Shown here in pieces: positions 10,123-20,551 of a stretch of DNA of 64,000 nt. Within the stretch, counting starts at the first letter, position 1. Each line of letters starts with the position of its first letter. The stretch is from Myxococcota bacterium (GTDB taxonomy: Bacteria; Myxococcota_A; UBA9042; PHBI01; JAWLBL01): contig JAWLBL010000010.1 of NCBI GenBank assembly GCA_041687695.1, forward strand, positions 34,676-98,675, in the 5' to 3' direction. The translations under genes and the position numbers were made by a program. The notes beneath the pieces were generated by a model. The model saw only the letters and a program-made list of their open reading frames with translations, was not told the DNA's origin and searched no databases.

Positions 10123-11133
10123 TCAGCGCTCGCCGCGGTAGTAGGCGAGGTAGGTGGCGACGTCGTCGGGGCTGCCGGTGACGATGGGGACGCGGTGGTG
10201 GAGGTGCTCGGGGGTGACGTCGAGGACCGACCGCTCGCCGGTGGTGGCGACGCCGCCGGCCTGCTCGACGATGAAGCCCATGGGGCCGGCCTCGTAGAGC
10301 AGGCGGAGCTTGGCCTCGCCCTTGTCGCGGTCCTTCTTGAAGGTCTTGGGGTAGAGGAACACGCCGCCGTAGAGCAGGGTGCGGTGGACGTCGGCGATCA
10401 TCGAGCCGATGTAGCGCGTCTTGTAGGGGCCGGCCTCGGGGCTCTTGAGGTGGTCGACGTAGCGGCGGGTGCCGTCGTCCCAGTAGGGGGCGTTGCCCTC
10501 GTTGACGCTGTAGATGCTGCCGCGGCGGGGGATGCGGATGTTCTCGTGCGACAGCAGGAACTCGCCCAGGGCGGGGTCGAGGGTGAAGCCGTCGACGCGG
10601 CCGCCGGTCGACAGGACCAGCATGGTGGACGAGCCGTAGACGACGTAGCCGGCGGCGACGAGGTCGCGGGCGGGCTGCAGGACGTCGGCCTCGGTGCCTG
10701 GGCCGGCGGCGTCCTCGTCGAGGCGGCGGTGGATGCCGAAGATGGTGCCGACCGAGACGTTGGCGTCGATGTTCGAGGAGCCGTCGAGCGGGTCGAAGGC
10801 GAGCGTGTACTTGCCGCAGGCGTAGCGCGAGGGGATGGGGATGATCTTGGCCTCCTCCTCGCTGGCCATGCAGCACAGGTGGCCGCCGTGATCCATCATG
10901 CGGACGATGGTGTCCTGGGCGAAGCGGTCGAGCTTGGTGACCGCCTCGCCGGAGGGGTTCTCTTCGCCGGCGAGCCCGTAGAGGTTGACCAGCCCGGCGC
11001 GGTTGACCTGGGCGTGGATGAGCTTGAAGGCGATGGTGAGGTCCCACAGCAGGCGGGTGAGATCGCCGGTGGCCTCGGGGTGGGTGGCCTGGGCTTCGAC
11101 CAGGTAGCGCTGGACGGTCACGAGCTTGTGCAT
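10123..11133 (-). CDS. fbp: Fructose-1,6-bisphosphatase class I
   Basis: ASEE, FDPLDGSSNIDANVSVGTIFGI, RYIGSMIADVHRTL, KLRLLYEA. Confidence 0.97.
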   Translation of the reverse strand: MHKLVTVQRYLVEAQATHPEATGDLTRLLWDLTIAFKLIHAQVNRAGLVNLYGLAGEENPSGEAVTKLDRFAQDTIVRMMDHGGHLCCMASEEEAKIIPIPSRYACGKYTLAFDPLDGSSNIDANVSVGTIFGIHRRLDEDAAGPGTEADVLQPARDLVAAGYVVYGSSTMLVLSTGGRVDGFTLDPALGEFLLSHENIRIPRRGSIYSVNEGNAPYWDDGTRRYVDHLKSPEAGPYKTRYIGSMIADVHRTLLYGGVFLYPKTFKKDRDKGEAKLRLLYEAGPMGFIVEQAGGVATTGERSVLDVTPEHLHHRVPIVTGSPDDVATYLAYYRGER

Positions 11134-11308
11134 GGGGGTCTCTCCGTGGACGAGGCGAACCCTAACCGAAACGCGGAGGCGGGGCGACGACCTGGCCGAT
11201 GACGAGCGAGGTCGGCGCGCGGCCGAGGTGTACAGCGGATGGGCGGGGGTGGCGAGCGGGTAATCGGGCGGCGCGGCGCGGGGTGGCGGATCGGCGGGGC
11301 GAACGGCG

Positions 11309-11323
11309 TGGCGTGGAAGTTGC
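11309..11323 (+). promoter_or_regulatory. Putative sigma54 promoter
   Basis: TGGCGT-N5-TTGC about 50 bp before the lipoprotein gene. Confidence 0.55.
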
Positions 11324-11370
11324 TTGGTGGAGCTTGCTCGTCGGGAGTCGAGGCGGACCGTTCGGAGGTG

Positions 11371-11811
11371 ATGATGCGGGCGATGGGGATGCTGCTGGCG
11401 CTGGTGTGGGTCGCGTGCGAGCCGAGCGGCGGGGGGCCGGCAGACGCGGGGGACGTCAGGCAGGAGCTGACCTGTGACGCGGTGTATGTGCCGTCCGTCA
11501 CATTCGTGATGATCGACGACGCGACGGGGGAGGCCCATTGCGGTCCGGCGAAGGTGGGGTATGTGGGGCCCGGCGACGCGGAGCCGACGATGCATCCGTG
11601 CTCGTGCAGCGAGGGGAAGCGGGCCGACTACGACGGTGGGGCCAACGGCTTCCCGTGTCACGTGAACCCGCCGGCGGGCGAGACCTCGGTGGTGCACGTC
11701 GAGGTCGAGGGCTACGAGGCGTTCACGGCCGAGGTGAGCCTGCCCTGGGAGTGCCACCCCCAGCAGGTGGTCGAGGCGCGGCTGGTGCCGAAGGACCCGC
11801 CGACCCTGTGA
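11371..11811 (+). CDS. Hypothetical Cys-containing lipoprotein with PEGA-like C-terminus
   Basis: GGAGG RBS; lipobox LVWVAC; VHVEVEGYEAFTAEV. Confidence 0.7.
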   Translation: MMRAMGMLLALVWVACEPSGGGPADAGDVRQELTCDAVYVPSVTFVMIDDATGEAHCGPAKVGYVGPGDAEPTMHPCSCSEGKRADYDGGANGFPCHVNPPAGETSVVHVEVEGYEAFTAEVSLPWECHPQQVVEARLVPKDPPTL

Positions 11812-11955
11812 GGGCGGGGCCGCGGCGGCGGGCCGTGTTGCGGGTTGGCATTGCCTGGGCCGGTGGCGATGGGCGAGACTGCGCGCGAGAGCAGGGGACA
11901 CGACGCGGCGGCGCCGAGAGGGCGACGCTCTCGGGCCCCGAGCGAGGAGAGGACC

Positions 11956-12333
11956 ATGACCGAGCGCAGAGAGAGCACGCGTGTCCCGGTGAACGAGCAG
12001 TTCCGGACCATGGACGGCGCCATCGGGCGATACGCGACCGACGTGTCGCGCACCGGGGCGTTCATCCGCACCGACGAGCGCCTGCCGGTGGGCAGCCGGG
12101 TGCGGCTGGAGCTGACCCTCGTGGTCGACGACATCGAGCGGCTGCTGGTGCAGGGCCACGTGGTGCGGCTGTCGGACGACCCGCCGGGCATGGGCATCCG
12201 CTTCAGCGACCTGCCGCTCGAGAGCGAGGCCATCATCGACCGGTTGGTCGCCGACCACGAGTTCGCGTCGGGGCCGATCACGCAAGAGCTGCGCATCCCG
12301 GCCGAGCTGCAGGCCATGGCCGAGGGCGAGTAG
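11956..12333 (+). CDS. PilZ-domain protein (c-di-GMP receptor)
   Basis: RRESTR (RxxxR) and DVSRTG (DxSxxG); PPGMGIRF; GAGGAGAGG RBS. Confidence 0.9.
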   Translation: MTERRESTRVPVNEQFRTMDGAIGRYATDVSRTGAFIRTDERLPVGSRVRLELTLVVDDIERLLVQGHVVRLSDDPPGMGIRFSDLPLESEAIIDRLVADHEFASGPITQELRIPAELQAMAEGE

Positions 12334-12334
12334 G

Positions 12335-12830
12335 GCGCGGTCGAGGGCGACGGGCTGGTCGGGGGGCGGGCCGGCTGGAAGCCGGCGATCCCAGGGGCGG
12401 CGTGCGCTGGGGGGTGGAAGTCGTTCCGCCGCAGCTGGCGGGTGGGCGTCGTTCCGCCGCCGCAGGCGGCTTTGGAGCGCGTCGGCCATGCCGACGCTGT
12501 CGGTTGGTTCGCTTGCAACGAGCCCCGGTGTCCTGAGATCGGGTCAATCGTGGCCGGCGCGGTCCGTAGTGCGGGCGTGGCCGGCGCGGTCGAGGCGACG
12601 GGCTGGTCGGGGGGCGGGCCGGCTGGAAGCCGGCGATCCCAGGGGCGGCGTGCGCTGGGGGGTGGAAGTCGTTCCGCCGCAGCTGGCGGGTGGGCGTCGT
12701 TCCGCCGCCGCAGGCGGCTTTGGAGCGCGTCGGCCATGCCGACGCTGTCGGTTGGTTCGCTTGCAACGAGCCCCGGTGTCCTGGGATCGGGTCAATCGTG
12801 GCTGGCGCGGACCGTCGTGCGGGCGTGGCC
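12335..12830. repeat. Two near-identical direct copies of a ~248-bp multi-hairpin (REP/BIME-like) element
   Basis: ggaagccggcgatccca recurs with 248-bp spacing; internal palindromes gccggc-tggaa-gccggc, gccgcc-gca-ggcggc and gcgtcggc-cat-gccgacgc. Confidence 0.9.
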
Positions 12831-12945
12831 GGCGCGGTCCGTAGTGCGGGCGTGGCCGGCGCGGTCCGTAGTGCGGGCGTGGCCGGCGCGGTCCGTAGTG
12901 CGGGCGTGGCCGGCGCGGTTCATAGCGGCCGGCGTGGCCGGCGCG
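12798..12945. repeat. 27-bp tandem repeat (gtggccggcgcggtccgtagtgcgggc), about 5 copies, plus about 1.5 copies at 12550-12590
   Basis: Directly visible, contiguous copies with no spacers. Confidence 0.9.
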
Positions 12946-13105
12946 AGGGCGGCTCGGGCGGCGGAAGACGGGGCCGGAACTTGCGATGTGCGGCGGTGGT
13001 GCGGGCGCGTTGACCGGGGGCGGGGCGCCGCCGTAGAGTCGGGCGCACCGCAAGACATCGACGAGGCACTCTCGCGCGCCCTCGGGGCCGCATCGGGGAC
13101 TGGCC

Positions 13106-14332
13106 ATGAAGCAGCATCAGGACGCTCATCACCCGTACAGCCCCGTCGCCGAGGCGCCCGCGCCGGGGGCCGACGCCGCCCGGCCCAGCGAGCTGCGCGA
13201 GGCGCTGCGGGGCAAGAGCTATGCCGAGGGCAAGGCGATGCTGGAGCCCGCCAAGGCGCCGGCGCCCGGAGGGGGGGCGAAGGCCAAGGCCGAGGGGGCC
13301 GAGGCGGCGCCGGCGGCCGAGGCCGGGCAGGAGCAGGCGCCCGCGGCCGACGTGGCGCCCGGGGCGGAGGCGGCGCCGGCGGGGGCCGAGGCGCTGTCGC
13401 CGATTCGGCTGGCCATCCTCGAGCAGTTCCAGCTGCTCGAGGGCAAGGGCGTCGGAGACGCCGAGTTCGACCGCGTGTGCTCGGCGGCGGCGTGGAAGGC
13501 GCAGAAGGACCGCGAGGCCAAGGAGCTGGCGGAGAAGGGGCGGACCGCGGTCTACACGACCTGCATCGACACGCAGAACGCCATCCTGCGGGCGGCCTTC
13601 GCGGCCTCGGAGCTGGCGATCAAGAAGAACGACAAGGGCAAGGAGAGCTTCAACTTCGGCACGGTGGGCCGCAAGGAGGGGCAGAAGCTGGGGGCGTGGA
13701 CCGAGGCGTCGGCGCCGCTGTCGGCGCGGCCGAAGGTGGGCGACATCCTGGTGCTCGAGAAGCAGGGGACGGGCGTGGACAACGCGCACTCGTCCATCGC
13801 TTTTTCGGAGTCGCAGTTCCAGAAGAAGGAAGCGCAGCTGCAGCAGCAGCTGGCGGCGCTGGAGGCGGCGGCCGAGGGCGCGACCGAGGCCAAGGCGGCG
13901 GCCAACGCGGCGCGCGTGTCGCACGTCGAGGCCCAGCTGGACAAGCTGCGGGCGCAGCACGAGCGCACGGCGGCCTTCCTGCGGGGCAAGCTGGACGAGG
14001 CGCGGGCGCGGCGGGATGCGCTCAACAGCGAGGAGAACAGAAAGAAGGGCGGCGGGCTGGCGTTCAGCCACGTGGGGTGCCTCAAGCGCATCACCAAGCA
14101 GGTGGTCGACGGGCAGGAGACCGGGCTCGAGCTGTGGGAGACCTTCGACGGGGGGCAGACGCTGGGCGGGGGCAAGAACGGCGCGCGCACGTGCACGCGG
14201 CTGTACGACCCGCGGACCAACGAGATCTCGGGCGAGATGAGCCAGGGCGGCGCCCTGCGCTGGCTGGCCGGCTGGGTGGACGTCGACGCGCTGGTCGAGC
14301 CGGCCAAGCAGGAGGAGGGCGCCGCCGCGTGA
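13106..14332 (+). CDS. Hypothetical protein; possible CHAP/NlpC-P60-like Cys-His hydrolase with coiled-coil insert
   Basis: High GC3 coding bias; YTTCI..PKVGDILVL..SHVG..WETFDGGQ. Confidence 0.6.
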   Translation: MKQHQDAHHPYSPVAEAPAPGADAARPSELREALRGKSYAEGKAMLEPAKAPAPGGGAKAKAEGAEAAPAAEAGQEQAPAADVAPGAEAAPAGAEALSPIRLAILEQFQLLEGKGVGDAEFDRVCSAAAWKAQKDREAKELAEKGRTAVYTTCIDTQNAILRAAFAASELAIKKNDKGKESFNFGTVGRKEGQKLGAWTEASAPLSARPKVGDILVLEKQGTGVDNAHSSIAFSESQFQKKEAQLQQQLAALEAAAEGATEAKAAANAARVSHVEAQLDKLRAQHERTAAFLRGKLDEARARRDALNSEENRKKGGGLAFSHVGCLKRITKQVVDGQETGLELWETFDGGQTLGGGKNGARTCTRLYDPRTNEISGEMSQGGALRWLAGWVDVDALVEPAKQEEGAAA

Positions 14333-14342
14333 CGGGCCGCCG

Positions 14343-14990
14343 TCAGCCGAGGCGGCGGCGGGTGACGAGGTAGCCGGCGGACAGCAGCGCGGTCAGGGCC
14401 AGGGAGGCGCCGTGGGAGGCGCCGCCGGCGCAGCCGTCGTCGGAGGCGTCCTGGGACGGCTCGGGGTCGGGGGTGCACTGGCCCGGGGAGGCGCCGGCCT
14501 GGCAGAGGGTGTCGAGGCGCGCGTCGGCGTCCCAGTCGGGGGCGGCCGGGCAGGCGGCGGCGCTGGCGGCCGTGTCGAAGTGGACCAGCCGCGGGGTCTC
14601 GTCGCCCCAGAGGACCTCGAGGGTGGCCGAGGCGGGCCAGGCGGCCTCGGGGGTGAGCTCGAAGACGCGGTAGGTGACGTCCTTGGTCTGGGGCGTGGCC
14701 GCGCCGCAGGGGTCGGACTGGGTGGTGTGGGAGCCGACCGTGGGCGCGAGCTCTTGCACCGTGATGGGCAGGGGCGTGTCATCGCCGTCGATGACGTAGA
14801 CCGCGAGCGCGGGGTCGCCGGGGTGGTCGTCGGCGGGCAGGGCGAGCTGCACCGGGCACTCGGTGCCCAGGCCGGTCATGGGGATGACCTCGGTCCTGGG
14901 GCGGGGCGGCTCGCAGGTGTTGGCGGCGGCGACGGTGGGGGCGAGGGCGAGGCCGAAGGCGGCGAGGGCGGCGAGGGGGCGCAGGGACAT
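14343..14990 (-). CDS. Secreted protein with MYXO-CTERM-like sorting tail
   Basis: Signal peptide; C-terminus DDGCAGG..LALTALLSAGYLVTRRRLG. Confidence 0.8.
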   Translation of the reverse strand: MSLRPLAALAAFGLALAPTVAAANTCEPPRPRTEVIPMTGLGTECPVQLALPADDHPGDPALAVYVIDGDDTPLPITVQELAPTVGSHTTQSDPCGAATPQTKDVTYRVFELTPEAAWPASATLEVLWGDETPRLVHFDTAASAAACPAAPDWDADARLDTLCQAGASPGQCTPDPEPSQDASDDGCAGGASHGASLALTALLSAGYLVTRRRLG

Positions 14991-15060
14991 GGCGTGGGCT
15001 CACTGGAGTGAGAACGAGGGCGTCGGCGCGAGGGTCGCGCCGGGTCGACGCGTCACGAGT

Positions 15061-15075
15061 GCAGAGAGCGTGCCA
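15061..15075 (-). promoter_or_regulatory. Putative sigma54 promoter
   Basis: TGGCAC-GCTCT-CTGC on the minus strand, 70 bp before the start at 14990. Confidence 0.6.
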
Positions 15076-15143
15076 CCTGGCGCTGCAGCGCACAACGGGC
15101 GCCGTCGCGCTCGTGGGGTAAGCGAGTTTCTGCTACGGGCGTG

Positions 15144-15271
15144 TCGGACTGCCCGAGCTAGCTCGGGCTCGTGGGTCGCTCAGCCAGCTGCGCGGGGAAG
15201 CACGGGACTCTAGCCTCGCGGGCGCAGCGAGCTGCGCCATGCCGGAGCACGAGCGAGCTCGTGCAGTCCGG
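15144..15271. repeat. Inverted pair of 50-bp double-hairpin dispersed repeats (15144-15193 and 15222-15271)
   Basis: Homologous to the copies at 16558-16607 and 63935-63984. Confidence 0.85.
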
Positions 15272-15426
15272 TGGCCCGAACCACGACGCGATCGCGTTGA
15301 CGGGCTCGGTGCAGCCGTCAAGTGGGTATACGGGCGCCGCGAGCCGTGCGGCGAAAGGCGACCTTCGAGGCCGGCGGTCGGCGAGGGGCGGTGAGCCCCC
15401 GCCGCGCCGCGGGAAGGGGTTCCCGA

Positions 15427-15855
15427 TCAGTGGTGGGGCTTGACCTTGGCGGCCTCGCCGGGGGTCAGCAGGTGGGTGACGAGGAGGACCAGCTCGTCCT
15501 TGCCCGCCGGGGTGACCTCGTGGGCGGTGCCGGGGCCGAGCAGGACCATGGCGTCGGGGCCGAGCGGGTCGCGGGTGGCGCCGGAGACGACGACGCCGCG
15601 GCCGCGCAGGGCCTGGATGGTCACGGCGTGGGGGGCCGTGTGCTCGGGCAGCTTGGTGCCGTCGCGCAGGGTGATGGAGACCAGCTTGGTGAAGGGGGTG
15701 TCGAGGAGGACGCGGACCTCGAGGGGCGGGCCCTTGGTCCCGGCGGCCGGCAGCGGGACCGAGTGGGTCGGGCAGGCGGCGGCCGGGGCAGCCAGGGTGA
15801 AGGACAGGCCGAGCGCGAGGCCGGCGGCGAGCAAGGGGGCGCGGAGCGACTTCAT
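15427..15855 (-). CDS. Cupin-domain protein with N-terminal signal peptide
   Basis: LPEHTAP..VTIQALRGRG..LGPGTAHEV; ATGA overlap with TetR gene. Confidence 0.8.
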   Translation of the reverse strand: MKSLRAPLLAAGLALGLSFTLAAPAAACPTHSVPLPAAGTKGPPLEVRVLLDTPFTKLVSITLRDGTKLPEHTAPHAVTIQALRGRGVVVSGATRDPLGPDAMVLLGPGTAHEVTPAGKDELVLLVTHLLTPGEAAKVKPHH

Positions 15856-16454
15856 CGGGGACCTCCAGGGGGGCTCAACATCAGGAGGAGGTCTGTCCAG
15901 ACCACCTCGGGGGAAGGGGGCGCGGGGGAGGCCGCGGCCTGCAGGGCGGCGCCACGCATGAAGCCGACGACCGTCCAGGCGAGGGCCTCGGCGGGGACGT
16001 CGGCGCGCACGCGGCCGGCGGCGAGGGCGTCGGCGAGGCAGGCGCGGATGAAGGCGCGCGAGCGGGCGACGCCGGCCCGGATGCGCTCGGCGGCGGCGGG
16101 GCTGGCGGTCTCGAGCAGGCGGTCGTTGAAGGCGAGGCGCATGAGGTGCGGGCGCTCGCGCAGCAGGGCCTGCCGGTGCACGAAGAAGTCGCGCAGGCGC
16201 TCGATCGGGTCGGCCGCTTCGCTGGTGAGGCTGCCGTCGAGGTGCTCCTCGAAGCGGTCGACGGCGGCCAGCACGATGGCGTCCATGCTGGGGAAGTGGC
16301 GAAAGAGGCTGCCGTCGGCGAGGCCCACCGCGCGGGCGAGCTCGGCGGCCGTCAGGCGCTGCGGGCCGCCGTCGGCGATGAGGACCAGCGCGGCGTCGGC
16401 GATCTGACGCTGGCGGGCTTCGGTCGGCAGGCGGGTCTTTCGAGGCGAGGTCAT
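15852..16454 (-). CDS. TetR/AcrR-family transcriptional regulator
   Basis: RQRQIADAALVLIA..LTAAELARAVGLADGSLFRHFPS helix-turn-helix. Confidence 0.92.
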   Translation of the reverse strand: MTSPRKTRLPTEARQRQIADAALVLIADGGPQRLTAAELARAVGLADGSLFRHFPSMDAIVLAAVDRFEEHLDGSLTSEAADPIERLRDFFVHRQALLRERPHLMRLAFNDRLLETASPAAAERIRAGVARSRAFIRACLADALAAGRVRADVPAEALAWTVVGFMRGAALQAAASPAPPSPEVVWTDLLLMLSPPGGPR

Positions 16455-16456
16455 AG

Positions 16457-16472
16457 GCAAGTGAATACTTGC
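16457..16472. promoter_or_regulatory. Putative TetR operator
   Basis: GCAAGT-gaat-ACTTGC AT-rich palindrome immediately upstream of the tetR ATG. Confidence 0.6.
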
Positions 16473-16557
16473 TAGCAGTGTGAGGTGCAAGAGAAAGCGA
16501 CCTGCGTCGGGGGGCGAGCGGCTAGCGTGCAGGAGCCTGGGGAGCGTCCGGCATCCG

Positions 16558-16790
16558 GCGCAGCGAGCTGCGCGACCCACGAGCACGAGCGAGCTCGTGC
16601 AGTCCGGTGGCAGCGTCACGGCCGCGCTCACGGCCAGCACATCAGCCACAGCAACGGTTCCGGTCTCGGCCACGGCCAGCGGCCCCGGCCCCGGCCCCGG
16701 TTCCGGTCTCGGCCCCGGCCAGCGGCCACGGTCAGCGGCCCCGGCCAGCGGCCCCGGCCCCGGTCACGGCCCCGTCAACGCCGTCCCCCG
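16558..16790. repeat. 50-bp double-hairpin repeat (16558-16607) followed by a degenerate hexamer tract
   Basis: gcgcagcgagctgcgcgacccacgagcacgagcgagctcgtgcagtccgg then ggcccc/ggccac/ggccag runs. Confidence 0.85.
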
Positions 16791-16872
16791 CCGTCCGCGC
16801 CGGGAGGCTGGCCTTCGGGGACAGCTTGCCCTATGACCGGGGCTCGACGTTTCCCCGTCCAGGAGTCGGCTC

Positions 16873-17745
16873 GTGCAACGTTCGCTCGCCCTGATCATCG
16901 CTGTGGGCCTCTCCGTGACCTCGGCCTGCGCGGGTGATCCGGCGCGAACGCCCGCTGCTACCGTTCCGGAGGCACCGAGCGCAGGGGGCGTGCCGGAGGT
17001 GCCGATCGGGGGGCCGTCGGCGGAGGCGGAGCGGTCGGCGTCGGGGCTGGCCTGGATCGTGCTGCGGCCGGGGGAGGGGGAGCCGGCGCGGGCGCAGGAC
17101 CGGGTGGTGGCGCACTACACGGGGTGGCTGCCGGACGGGACGAAGTTCGACAGCTCGCATGACCGCGATCAGCCGGCGACCTTCCCGGTGAGGGCGGTGA
17201 TCCCGGGCTGGCAGGAGGCGCTGCAGACGATGCGGGCCGGCGAGAAGCGGCGGGTGTGGATCCCAGCAGCGCTGGCCTATGGCGAGGTGGCGCGGCCGGG
17301 GGTGCCGACGGGGCCGCTGACCTTCGACATCGAGCTGCTCGAGATCTTGCGGGAGCCTGAGCCGGTGCCAGACCCGCCGGCGCCGCCGGACGTATCGGCG
17401 CCGCCGGACGACGCCACGATCACGGCCTCGGGTCTGGGCTACAAGGTCATCCGGCCCGGGACGGGCACGCGGCACCCGACGGACGAGAGCACCGTCACCG
17501 TCCACTACACCGGCTGGACCTCCGACGGGCGGATGTTCGACTCGTCGTTGCGCCGCGGCAAGCCGTTCACGGCGCGGCTCGAGCACCTCATCGCCGGCTG
17601 GCAGGAGGGGGTGCAGCGGATGGTCGAGGGCGAAGTGGCGCGGCTGTGGATCCCGGCCGCGCTGGCCTACGGCGACCAGTCGAGCGGCAACCGACCCGCG
17701 GGGATGCTGGTCTTCGACATCCAGCTCATCTCGTTCGAGCCCTGA
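16873..17745 (+). CDS. Double-domain FKBP-type peptidyl-prolyl isomerase (lipoprotein)
   Basis: Two HYTGW..G..FDSS..IPGWQE/IAGWQEG..WIPAALAYG..FDI domains; VTSAC lipobox. Confidence 0.95.
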   Translation: MQRSLALIIAVGLSVTSACAGDPARTPAATVPEAPSAGGVPEVPIGGPSAEAERSASGLAWIVLRPGEGEPARAQDRVVAHYTGWLPDGTKFDSSHDRDQPATFPVRAVIPGWQEALQTMRAGEKRRVWIPAALAYGEVARPGVPTGPLTFDIELLEILREPEPVPDPPAPPDVSAPPDDATITASGLGYKVIRPGTGTRHPTDESTVTVHYTGWTSDGRMFDSSLRRGKPFTARLEHLIAGWQEGVQRMVEGEVARLWIPAALAYGDQSSGNRPAGMLVFDIQLISFEP

Positions 17746-17797
17746 GCGGGGGCCATGGCGCATCGCGGTGAGCGCGATGGCGCGATCGTGACGCAGG

Positions 17798-18811
17798 TCA
17801 CGCCAGCTTCAGCAGGCGCGCGGCGTTGCCGTAGAGGATGCGGTCGCGCAGGGCGGGGTCGCCCTCGGTGGCGATGAGGACCTTGGCCAGGGCGAAGGCC
17901 TGTGGATAGAAGGGCCAGTCCGAGCCGAAGACGAGGCGTGTGGGGTCGGCGCGGCGCAGGATGCGGCGCAGCGAGGAGACCGACTGGCAGGACAGCTCGA
18001 GCCAGGCGTTGGGGTAGCGGCGGTGCAGCTCGAGGGCGGCGTCGGGCTGCGTGCAGCCGGAGTGGCCCAGCAGGAAGGTCGTGCGCGGGTGCTCGCGCAG
18101 GGGGCGCTCGTACCAGCGGACCTGCGAGAGGAAGCGGCCGACCACGGGCTCGATGCCGGCGGGGCCGCAGTGCCACAGGACGGGCAGGTCGCGCTCGCCG
18201 GCCAGGCGGTAAAGGCGCATGGCGAGCGGGTCGTCGGGGCGGACCATCTGCACGGCCGGGTGGACCTTGAGGCCGCGGGCGCCGCGGGCGAGCTGGGCGT
18301 CGAGGGCGGCCTCGGGGCGCAGGGCGTAGGGGTGGACCGAGGCGAAGCTGACGAGGCGGCCGCCGGTGGTGTCGGCGGTGGAGAGGGCGGCCGAGGCGTT
18401 GTCGCTGAGCAGCGGGAAGTCGATGGGCAGGATGACAGAATGGGACAGGCCCAGGGCCTGCATCTCGCGCAGGAGGTTGCCGGCGGTGTGGGTCTTGCGC
18501 AGGCCGCGGGCGGTGAGGCTGCGGAGGGTGAGGTCACGCTTCATCTCGCGCAGATCGGCCGGGCGGAAGTTGCGGTTGGCGTAGACGTCGAGGTCGAAGC
18601 CCCAGGCCTCGGGCAGGTAGTGGCGGGTCTCGGGGGTCTCGGCGGCGAGATCGACCTGGCCGGGCAGGACGTAGGCGAGGGCCAGGTGGGCGTGGGTGTC
18701 GATGGCCGGGGTGGCGTCGCGTGGGGCGCGGACGAGGGCGCCGGTCTCGTCGAGGTCGAACCAGGGGAGGCGGGCGAGGGCGGCGAGCGAGTCGAAGCGG
18801 GTCGGGTGCAT
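17798..18811 (-). CDS. Amidohydrolase_2-family metal-dependent hydrolase
   Basis: IDTHAH, GLKVHP, LWHCG, LGHSG, FGSDWP. Confidence 0.9.
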   Translation of the reverse strand: MHPTRFDSLAALARLPWFDLDETGALVRAPRDATPAIDTHAHLALAYVLPGQVDLAAETPETRHYLPEAWGFDLDVYANRNFRPADLREMKRDLTLRSLTARGLRKTHTAGNLLREMQALGLSHSVILPIDFPLLSDNASAALSTADTTGGRLVSFASVHPYALRPEAALDAQLARGARGLKVHPAVQMVRPDDPLAMRLYRLAGERDLPVLWHCGPAGIEPVVGRFLSQVRWYERPLREHPRTTFLLGHSGCTQPDAALELHRRYPNAWLELSCQSVSSLRRILRRADPTRLVFGSDWPFYPQAFALAKVLIATEGDPALRDRILYGNAARLLKLA

Positions 18812-18826
18812 GGGGGACGTCCGGAT

Positions 18827-18841
18827 GCACGCGGCGTGCCA
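18827..18841 (-). promoter_or_regulatory. Putative sigma54 promoter for the amidohydrolase
   Basis: TGGCAC-GCCGC-GTGC in the 38-bp gap after the norR stop. Confidence 0.5.
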
Positions 18842-18849
18842 GCCGAGGG

Positions 18850-20406
<1,557 letters not shown>

Positions 20407-20412
20407 GGTGTC

Positions 20413-20467
20413 GTCATGATGACCACGCGTTGTCGTCGGGACAACGGTTGGTTGTGGTCATCATGAC
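20413..20467. promoter_or_regulatory. Three NorR boxes (GT-N7-AC)
   Basis: GTCATGATGAC 20413-20423, GTCGTCGGGAC 20432-20442, GTCATCATGAC 20457-20467. Confidence 0.85.
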
Positions 20468-20498
20468 AATGGTGCGCGCGGCGACAAGCCCGGCGGGT

Positions 20499-20513
20499 TG
20501 GCACGCGGCTTGC
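20499..20513 (+). promoter_or_regulatory. sigma54 promoter of the ric operon
   Basis: Consensus TGGCAC-GCGGC-TTGC just downstream of the NorR boxes. Confidence 0.88.
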
Positions 20514-20551
20514 CCTGAGGCCCTGCGAACCCCTTTCCACCGAGGCGACCC

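Noticed and set aside
12550..12945. Possible CRISPR array (27-bp repeats)
   Set aside because: Repeats are contiguous with no unique spacers, and no cas genes are present
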